Position numbers and translations under genes: made by a program | Notes under the pieces: generated by a model | The model's input: only the letters and a program-made list of their open reading frames with translations | Told to the model about the DNA's origin: nothing | Databases searched by the model: none | Source of the DNA: a virus | Taxonomy: Duplodnaviria > Caudoviricetes | Strand: one strand, 5' to 3' | DNA: 24,351 nt | IMG/VR virus record: IMGVR_UViG_3300037634_006911 | Location: 1-24,351 of that record | Shown: in pieces, positions 1-7,056 of the stretch | Layout: every line of letters begins with the position of its first letter | How positions within the stretch are numbered: the first letter of the stretch is position 1

Positions 1-24
1 CATTTTAGAAAATGTTGGTATAAT
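1..24 (+). promoter_or_regulatory. sigma70-type promoter (extended -10; -35 cut off by the window edge)
   Basis: TGgTATAAT at 16-24. The 'CA' at 1-2 sits exactly where the end of TTGACA falls in the similar promoter at 8916-8943 (16-bp spacer in both). Confidence 0.65.
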
Positions 25-36
25 ATAGATAACCAT

Positions 37-73
37 ATTTTATATTTTTGCAATTATGTTAAAAATATAAAAT
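37..73. repeat. 13-bp perfect inverted repeat in the leader of the DUF262 gene
   Basis: ATTTTATATTTTT (37-49) and AAAAATATAAAAT (61-73) with an 11-nt spacer. Confidence 0.75.
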
Positions 74-98
74 TCTAAATTATATAAGGAGAATTATT

Positions 99-1382
99 AT
101 GGGTATTGTTAATAACAAGAAAAGAAAAATAGAGGCGTTGCCCTCTCAACGAAGTGTTCAAAACGTAGTTGACGATTTGAATAGCAAGAAGAAGATGAAA
201 GTTGATAAAAATTTTCAACGCAGAGTCGTCTGGACATCGAGAGACAGGAATGAATTCTTTGAGTCAGTCAGTCGCGGCATTGCAGTTTCTGGTATTATCG
301 TGGCTGATATTCCAACGGGCATCGAAGCTTCAAAAGAAGCTAACGATGACTCTGGAGTTGCAAAATACGAGGAGCATCAGAACAAGGGCTACAAGTATGT
401 GAGCGAAGACGGTATGAATCGTACCGATTCTCTCGTAAAGTTTCTCAAGGATGAGTGTTTCTTTACAGGCACTTTATATGATCTAGAACACAAGCCGCAT
501 AAAATTGATAATAAAAAGTTTAGTGATATGCCTGAAAGCGTCCAACATGCTTTTCGGAACAGTAACTTAATTGTGACTGTGGTTTATCACGCGCCTTACT
601 CGAAACTTTGTGATATTTTTACAAATGTGAATGCCGGACAACCCCTCAATGCAGTAGAGAAAAGAAACGCGTTGTCAACGCCAATTTCTAGCTATATTAG
701 GGATAAAGCCGAGGGCACCTTCAAGGAAATGTGGCCACGCTACCTTTCTCCTCAAAAGATTAATAGAATGGAAGATATCAAGTGGCTATCCAAGGCACTA
801 GTATGTGTAAATAAAAAAACTAAGGACTGGGGCTTAGGGGAGCCACATATTGATAGATTTTATAAAAAGGGGGTGGGAAAGAAATTTCTTGCAAATGTGT
901 CTGAGTATGATGAAGCTGAGCTAGAACGTGTTTGTGGCATCATGGATATTGTCGCGGTTGCAACCGCCAAGCAAGAGATGTTTACGGATTCAAAGTCGCT
1001 TCCACAAAAGACTTTTTGGTCTCTCTTATACATAGCAGAGTATATTTATGATCATTCATATAATATTCGTGACTATAGCAAATTGTTTAAGCTGGCTTAC
1101 CACCTGGATACCGCTCTCGAAAGACAATCGAAAGCAGAGCAGGCGTCTGACACAGAGCAATTTAAGATCAGTCATAAGCAACTTTCGAAAGAAGATCTTG
1201 AAAAGAAGCTTAGCGAAGAAATTAAAGATGATAATTATTATTGGCGTTGGATTAATAGAAATGATGATTATAAATTACGAAAACAGCGCAAGGACTCGCT
1301 GATTGAAGCTCTCAAGGGTGATTCGGATAGAGAATCCTGCTTTGGGGAAGAACCCCTCCAGGATCTCGAACAGGCTGCTTAA
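99..1382 (+). CDS. DUF262 (ParB-like/GmrS-like) domain protein, no evident HNH domain
   Basis: FQRRVVW, EDGMNR (DGQQR-like) and IFTNVNAGQPLNAVEKRNA are the three DUF262 motifs in the expected order; AAGGAG RBS upstream. Confidence 0.75.
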   Translation: MGIVNNKKRKIEALPSQRSVQNVVDDLNSKKKMKVDKNFQRRVVWTSRDRNEFFESVSRGIAVSGIIVADIPTGIEASKEANDDSGVAKYEEHQNKGYKYVSEDGMNRTDSLVKFLKDECFFTGTLYDLEHKPHKIDNKKFSDMPESVQHAFRNSNLIVTVVYHAPYSKLCDIFTNVNAGQPLNAVEKRNALSTPISSYIRDKAEGTFKEMWPRYLSPQKINRMEDIKWLSKALVCVNKKTKDWGLGEPHIDRFYKKGVGKKFLANVSEYDEAELERVCGIMDIVAVATAKQEMFTDSKSLPQKTFWSLLYIAEYIYDHSYNIRDYSKLFKLAYHLDTALERQSKAEQASDTEQFKISHKQLSKEDLEKKLSEEIKDDNYYWRWINRNDDYKLRKQRKDSLIEALKGDSDRESCFGEEPLQDLEQAA

Positions 1383-2221
1383 TGAGGTCTCCATTACGCT
1401 ACCCTGGTGGCAAAACTCGTGCTGTAAAGCATATTTTGCCCCATATCCCAGATTGTGGGGAGCTTTGCGCCCCCTTTCTGGGGGGTGGCTCTCTTGAGTT
1501 GGCCATCGCTGCAAGAGGAACAAAGGTGTACGGTTACGACGACTTTGAACCTCTTATTTGGTTTTGGAAGGCTCTTCTAGAATCTCCCGAAGAGCTAGCA
1601 GATGAAGCCGATGAACTAAGAGTAGAGGGCTGTGGTCCTGATAACGAAAGAGGACTTCCAAAGGAGGATTTTAAAAATCTTCGTGAAGAGTTGCGAGGTC
1701 AAACAACGTTTTCTCTGGAGAACGCTGCTAATTTTTATGCTATTAATCGCAGCAGCTTTTCAGGTGCCACATTCAGTGGAGGTTGGTCTAAGAAAGCATC
1801 GTATGCCAGATTCACTGATTCTTCTATTGAGAGGATAAGGGACTTTAAAGAGCCAAATTTGGTTGTTGAACATGCAGATTTTAAAGATTCTATCTTGACA
1901 CATCCAAATGCGTTCTTATACTTAGATCCTCCATACATGCTCTCTGAAAGAGAACGTGAAAAATTGTATGGAGATAAAGGAAATAAACACAAAGACTTTG
2001 ATCACGAGGGACTTTTTGAGTTGTTGAAAGAGAGGAGCAAATGGGTGTTATCTTATAGTGGAGATATAGCAATTATAGAAGAGATGTATGAGGGCTTCGA
2101 TATAATTGACATGAGCGGAAAGTGGTCTTACGGGATGAAAAACGTTCAATCAAGAAAAATAAAAGAAAAGAAAAAAATGGACAAGAGTTCAGAAATATTA
2201 ATTATAGGAGATAAAAAATGA
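1382..2221 (+). CDS. dam: DNA adenine N6-methyltransferase, Dam/D12 class
   Basis: SPLRYPGGK N-terminus, PFLGGGS SAM-binding motif, NRSSFSG, catalytic YLDPPY, WVLSY. TAATG overlap with the upstream gene. Target site not determined. Confidence 0.9.
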   Translation: MRSPLRYPGGKTRAVKHILPHIPDCGELCAPFLGGGSLELAIAARGTKVYGYDDFEPLIWFWKALLESPEELADEADELRVEGCGPDNERGLPKEDFKNLREELRGQTTFSLENAANFYAINRSSFSGATFSGGWSKKASYARFTDSSIERIRDFKEPNLVVEHADFKDSILTHPNAFLYLDPPYMLSEREREKLYGDKGNKHKDFDHEGLFELLKERSKWVLSYSGDIAIIEEMYEGFDIIDMSGKWSYGMKNVQSRKIKEKKKMDKSSEILIIGDKK

Positions 2222-3177
2222 AAGAACTGTTCGAATCTTTTAGACAAAATGTTAGTGAAGCTAGTAATACGTTGCGCGCCGATGTTAACGAAATAATGTT
2301 TGCATCTTTTATGGCACATGGAGATTCAAGTAAATTCAAGAATAATAAAGAGGCGATGGAATACTTAGAAGATCGCAAAACCCGAATTTCCCCTGACGAA
2401 TATAAAAATCAAGAAGGACGTGCGGAAGCAATGCACAAAGAGGTTATGAAGTGGGCTGCAGCCAATGGTTGGGACGGATCTGTTACTGCGGTCTGGTGGA
2501 CAGCACGCCCCGGTGTTTTAGAAAAAGCAATTGGAGGCGAACCTTCTCGTGGAAACCCAACTGATATTCTGTTAGAATTTGATAATGAAGATTTTTTGGG
2601 AATATCCGCTAAATCAACAAAAAGTAAAGGAGACATTGGCTTTAAGAATCCTGGAGCTAGACCAATTGGGAATGCTTTGGGGATAGACATGCATAGCTAT
2701 ATTGGAAAGTTCACATCTGAATGGGTCGAAGAACACAATTTACCCAAATCTCAAAAAGAAAGAAAAAAATTCTTAAGAGAAGAGGGAAATGAGGCAATAC
2801 GGCGAGAAGCCGAGGCGACAGGCTACGACATGTTGATGACGCTTAGAGACACTCTTTATAAACATCTCGCAGCGTTGGATGAAGAAGAGATAAGACAGCA
2901 TATTGTTGATTATTGGTGTGACGCAGGAGATAACTATCCTTACTATATCAAGGCGACTGGACATGGAGATGAAAGGAGAGGATATTCAGCTTCAATTTCA
3001 GATCCGATTAAAAATGAGAAATATAAAGCTCTAATGTCCGAAGATATAGAGGTGTTCCGAGTTGGTGATACATCGATTGGGATTAAAGCAGGCAGAACAC
3101 GAATAATGAAAATGAGGTTTAAGTTTGAATCTCAAAAAATGGCTTCTGGGATGAAAATGTCAGGCGACCCCTGGTAA
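2218..3177 (+). CDS. putative PD-(D/E)XK-like (restriction-type) endonuclease
   Basis: N-terminal helix ADVNE and NPTDILLEF...LGISAK (D...SxK variant). ATGA overlap with the methyltransferase; own AGGAG RBS. Confidence 0.5.
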   Translation: MKELFESFRQNVSEASNTLRADVNEIMFASFMAHGDSSKFKNNKEAMEYLEDRKTRISPDEYKNQEGRAEAMHKEVMKWAAANGWDGSVTAVWWTARPGVLEKAIGGEPSRGNPTDILLEFDNEDFLGISAKSTKSKGDIGFKNPGARPIGNALGIDMHSYIGKFTSEWVEEHNLPKSQKERKKFLREEGNEAIRREAEATGYDMLMTLRDTLYKHLAALDEEEIRQHIVDYWCDAGDNYPYYIKATGHGDERRGYSASISDPIKNEKYKALMSEDIEVFRVGDTSIGIKAGRTRIMKMRFKFESQKMASGMKMSGDPW

Positions 3178-3190
3178 AATATAGTTCATA

Positions 3191-3224
3191 AAACCGCAGG
3201 GAGGCACGGGTTTACAGGTGCCTC
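3191..3224 (+). promoter_or_regulatory. structured RNA element (predicted H-type pseudoknot) upstream of recA/uvsX
   Basis: GAGGCAC (3201-3207) pairs with GTGCCTC (3218-3224); AAACC (3191-3195) pairs with GGTTT (3209-3213) in the loop. Confidence 0.5.
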
Positions 3225-3245
3225 AATTTTTAAAACGAGGGTAGA

Positions 3246-4352
3246 ATGACAAAGAAAAATGGTAGATTAAATACATCAAGCTTAATTGATTTGATTAACA
3301 AGAAGGCTGGAGAGACTTTGGCATATGATTTGACCAAGGACAATCCAACCGAAGTTAAGCAGTGGATTCCAACTGGCTCAACGTGGCTTAACAAAGTTAT
3401 TTGTGTTGGCAATACCAATGCTGGAATTCCTGTTGGCAAGGTTACAGAATTAGCTGGACTAGAAAGTTCAGGTAAATCTTTTATGGCTGCTCAAATTGCA
3501 GCAAACGCTCAAAAGATGGGATTTCAAGTTGTCTATTTCGATTCAGAGTCTGCTATCAGTCCTGGTTTTCTTGAGCAGGCAGGTTGTGATTTGGGGGGAG
3601 TGGCTTACGTTCAAGCTAAGTCTGTTGAATATGTTTTTGAAACTATGGAGGAACTTATCGGAGAGCTGGATGAAGGCGTCGTTTTTATTTGGGACAGTGT
3701 TGCCCAAACCCCTACTCGCAAGATGTTAGATGAAGATTTTGATCCTCAGTCTTCTATCGGATATAAGGCTCGTCTTTTGTCTAAAGCTATGAAAAAGATA
3801 ACGATTCCTTTAGCTAATAGTCAAAGTACTTTATTAGCTCTCAATCAATTGAAGACGAACATTACTACTGATAGAGCTTCGTTATTAACAGAACCATATG
3901 TGACCCCTGGAGGTAAAGCACTCCCTTATTCATATTCTCTCCGTATATGGCTTACAGCTCGTAAAGCAAAGGCATCGTATGTAACAAATGTACATGGATA
4001 TAAAGTCGGATCTGAAGTAAAGGCACGCATCAAAAAATCACGTTTTGGATCCTTGGGAAGAGAATGCACCTTCAAAATTCTTTGGGGCAATGATGTTGGA
4101 ATTCAAGATGAAGAAAGTTGGTTTGATGCCATTCAGCCATCTGAAAATTTACAACGCAACGGCGCGTGGTATACGTTAGTGTATAACGATGGAACTTCTG
4201 AGAAATTTCAGTTTACCAAGTGGGTTGAGAAAATGAAGAATGAGAAGTTTAAGAATCGAGTGTTAGAATTAATGGATGAGGTAGTGGTTCAGAGTTGGCA
4301 CCCATTAATGGAAAATAACTCACCTGAAAAAACTTCTCTTGACGCTGATTAG
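3246..4352 (+). CDS. recA: RecA/UvsX-like recombinase
   Basis: WIPTGS, Walker A GLESSGKS, YFDSE, Walker B FIWDSVA, NQL, TPGGKALPY, KKSRFG. Confidence 0.93.
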   Translation: MTKKNGRLNTSSLIDLINKKAGETLAYDLTKDNPTEVKQWIPTGSTWLNKVICVGNTNAGIPVGKVTELAGLESSGKSFMAAQIAANAQKMGFQVVYFDSESAISPGFLEQAGCDLGGVAYVQAKSVEYVFETMEELIGELDEGVVFIWDSVAQTPTRKMLDEDFDPQSSIGYKARLLSKAMKKITIPLANSQSTLLALNQLKTNITTDRASLLTEPYVTPGGKALPYSYSLRIWLTARKAKASYVTNVHGYKVGSEVKARIKKSRFGSLGRECTFKILWGNDVGIQDEESWFDAIQPSENLQRNGAWYTLVYNDGTSEKFQFTKWVEKMKNEKFKNRVLELMDEVVVQSWHPLMENNSPEKTSLDAD

Positions 4353-4361
4353 AAAGTTCTT

Positions 4362-4369
4362 ACTATTTA
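4362..4369 (+). promoter_or_regulatory. putative phage late-promoter motif ACTATTTA
   Basis: Same octamer in three short intergenic gaps (4362, 11996, 19222), each just upstream of a gene start. Confidence 0.5.
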
Positions 4370-4375
4370 TAATAT

Positions 4376-4705
4376 ATGGAACTGAAACGCTTAATCAGGG
4401 AAGCTATTGAAGATTCGCTATACCAAGCGAATGTTATAATGAGATATGCTCGTGATGAAAACTTAACATTGATTAATGATAGGTTACGAGGCATCTGTGG
4501 TATTACAATTGTTGACGTATTGGTTCCTTCAAAGATAGTTTCGAATGATGTAGATATTGTTACTTTGAAGGTTAAATTTTTCCTGCAGGGAGAAGACCTC
4601 AGAGAGCATCTACATAAAATGTCTGTAGAAGCCAGGAAAATCCCTGGTGTCTTTTCATTCATTCCAACTAGAGCCTCAAAACTTCAAAAAAAATCTGACA
4701 AGTAG
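4376..4705 (+). CDS. hypothetical protein (possible ferredoxin/ACT-like alpha-beta fold; possible virion protein)
   Basis: 109-aa ORF filling the recA-exonuclease gap; internal repeat-like motifs LRGICGITIV and ARKIPGVFSF; N-terminal LKRLIREAIE. Confidence 0.7.
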   Translation: MELKRLIREAIEDSLYQANVIMRYARDENLTLINDRLRGICGITIVDVLVPSKIVSNDVDIVTLKVKFFLQGEDLREHLHKMSVEARKIPGVFSFIPTRASKLQKKSDK

Positions 4706-4713
4706 AGGTAAAG

Positions 4714-5682
4714 ATGTTAGTAAAAGGTCGTGTGTTGATCATAGATCAGCTTAATTTGTTTTTGCGTAATTACGTAATCAATCCATCTGAATCGCAGTGG
4801 GGTCCAATTGGTGGTGTCAAAGGCACCCTCCAATCACTTCAGAAGCTTTGCAACGATGTGAAGCCGGACTATATTGTAATCTGTTGGGATGGAGCCGGCG
4901 GCTCACTTAAACGCAAACAAATGAAGAAAGACTACAAGGCTGGCCGAGCCCCTCTGCGTCTCAATCGCGCTTTCCGTGATTTGACCGAGGACGAGGAAAA
5001 GAAGAACAGATACTATCAAGAAATAAGAATGGTAGAATACTTCAACCAAATGCCAGTCATCCAATTGCGGTTTGATAATGTTGAAGCCGATGACATCATT
5101 GCATATGTTTCCAACCTGCCAGAACTGTCAGAATGTGAAAAGGTGATTGTCTCGAATGATAAAGATTTCTTCCAGCTTGTAACTGGCAAAACTGTACTCA
5201 TGCGTCCCGTAGAAAAAAGTCGAGTATACAATACGAATACGGTTCTCCAAGAGTTCAGCATTCATCCACATAATTTTGCTCTTGCAAAAACGATGATTGG
5301 CGACAAGAGTGATAATTTACCAGGAATTGCAGGCGTTGGCGAGGGACGAATCAAGAAGGACTTCCCTCAGTTTGTTAGTGAAGAACAAATCACGATTGAT
5401 GAGCTGCTTGGATACTGCAAGGAAAAGTACGAAGAGAACAGTAAACGAAAATTATGGAAAGAAGTTGTTGACAACGAGGACGTTATTAGGTTAAACTATA
5501 AGATGATGCAACTTTACGCTCCACAGCTATCTTTGGATCACAAAAAAGATGTTCGCGATACTTTAGGGGATCCTGACTTATCTTTTGATAAGATGGAGAT
5601 TTTAAAGATGATGATGAAAGACGAGTTCGCGCAAGTAAGCTTTTCAGGGCTTTTCCAAGCCTTCAAAAGAATGGCACAATAA
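4714..5682 (+). CDS. 5'-3' exonuclease / flap endonuclease (T4 RNase H-like)
   Basis: LIIDQLNLFLR, CWDG, YKAGR, EADDII, SNDKDFFQL and the H3TH motif GDKSDNLPGIAGVG. Confidence 0.92.
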   Translation: MLVKGRVLIIDQLNLFLRNYVINPSESQWGPIGGVKGTLQSLQKLCNDVKPDYIVICWDGAGGSLKRKQMKKDYKAGRAPLRLNRAFRDLTEDEEKKNRYYQEIRMVEYFNQMPVIQLRFDNVEADDIIAYVSNLPELSECEKVIVSNDKDFFQLVTGKTVLMRPVEKSRVYNTNTVLQEFSIHPHNFALAKTMIGDKSDNLPGIAGVGEGRIKKDFPQFVSEEQITIDELLGYCKEKYEENSKRKLWKEVVDNEDVIRLNYKMMQLYAPQLSLDHKKDVRDTLGDPDLSFDKMEILKMMMKDEFAQVSFSGLFQAFKRMAQ

Positions 5683-5691
5683 GAGGGTTTT

Positions 5692-7056
5692 ATGACTGAG
5701 GGTATAGATTTTTCTAAATACGGAAAGGCGTTTCAAGAATCGCTAGCTCAAATAATGTTTGAGGATCGTCCATTTTGCGATCAGATGGAGGAGGTGTTGG
5801 ATGTAAAATTCTTTGAATTAAAATATCTGCGCACCTTTATAAACTTGGTTTTCAAATACCGCGAGCAATATAAAGTGCATCCATCAGTGAATGTCATCAC
5901 ATCCATAATAAGGACAGAGATGGAAGATTTGTCGCCAGCTCTCCAGAAGCAGGTAAGAGATTTTTATGTACGAGTTGAGTCCAGGCGTATTGAAGACAAA
6001 GAATATATTAAGAATACCAGCCTGGATTTCTGCAAGAAGCAGAAACTCAAAGAGGCTTTGGTTCAGTCTGTAGATTTGATTAAAAGCTCATCGTTTGATG
6101 AAGTCAAACAAGTTATCGACGAGGCACTTAAACTGGGATTGGATACTGACTATGGTCATGACTTCATAAAAGATTTTGAGGCACGCTACGAAATTAAGGC
6201 ACGAAATCCTGTCTCAACTGGTTGGGATAAGATTGATAGTATAACCAGAGGAGGAATAGGTACCGGGGAGCTAGGCGTCGTCATTGCTCCCACTGGCGCA
6301 GGTAAATCCATGGCTTTAGCACATTTGGGAGCAACTGCTGCACAAAATGGTAAACATGTGGTACACTATACTCTAGAATTGTCCGAGACAATAACCGGGC
6401 AAAGATACGACAGCTGTATTAGCGAGATCCCCCTTTCACAATTATTCGAAAGGAAGCATGAAGTTCTGGAAGACATTTCAGATATAGAGGGCTCTCTGGT
6501 AATCAAGGAATACCCGACTAGGACAGCTTCGAGCAATACTATAAGAAGACATCTAGAAAAATTAAAAAAACAAAATCGAAAAATCGATTTGATTATAGTA
6601 GATTACGCTGATTTACTCAAACCTATGAAAAGTTATAAAGAGAAACGCAATGAATTAGAATCTATTTATGAAGACTTGCGCGCAATTGCACAAGAGTTTC
6701 ATTGCCCCCTTTGGACGGCATCGCAAACAAATCGTTCTGGCTTAAACGCAGAAGTGGTGACTATGGAATCAATTTCGGAAGCTTTTAGTAAATGTTTTGT
6801 CGCAGATTTTATCTGCTCTATTTCTAGGACAACTAGGGATAAAAATAATAACCTAGCCCGAATGTTCATCGCCAAGAACCGGAATGGACCGGATGGGTTA
6901 ATCTTTACGATGCACATGGATGCGGGATGCGTGAGTTTAAAAGTTATAGATAAGAAAGATTTAAGTGATGTAGTTTCAGCTTCAAGTCCAACAGATCTGG
7001 CTCAGAAGCTTCGTGATAAATATAAACAACAGAGAATACAAGGGGGAACGAGTTAG
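5692..7056 (+). CDS. dnaB: replicative DNA helicase, DnaB/SF4 (gp41-like)
   Basis: STGW, Walker A APTGAGKS, TLELSE, Walker B IVDYAD, ASQTNR, AKNRNG. Confidence 0.92.
   Translation: MTEGIDFSKYGKAFQESLAQIMFEDRPFCDQMEEVLDVKFFELKYLRTFINLVFKYREQYKVHPSVNVITSIIRTEMEDLSPALQKQVRDFYVRVESRRIEDKEYIKNTSLDFCKKQKLKEALVQSVDLIKSSSFDEVKQVIDEALKLGLDTDYGHDFIKDFEARYEIKARNPVSTGWDKIDSITRGGIGTGELGVVIAPTGAGKSMALAHLGATAAQNGKHVVHYTLELSETITGQRYDSCISEIPLSQLFERKHEVLEDISDIEGSLVIKEYPTRTASSNTIRRHLEKLKKQNRKIDLIIVDYADLLKPMKSYKEKRNELESIYEDLRAIAQEFHCPLWTASQTNRSGLNAEVVTMESISEAFSKCFVADFICSISRTTRDKNNNLARMFIAKNRNGPDGLIFTMHMDAGCVSLKVIDKKDLSDVVSASSPTDLAQKLRDKYKQQRIQGGTS

Noticed and set aside
1382-2221. Inferring the methylase target from site frequencies
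   Set aside because: GATC and GATATC are both common by eye, but GATATC reflects Asp-Ile codons and no expected-frequency calculation could be run.
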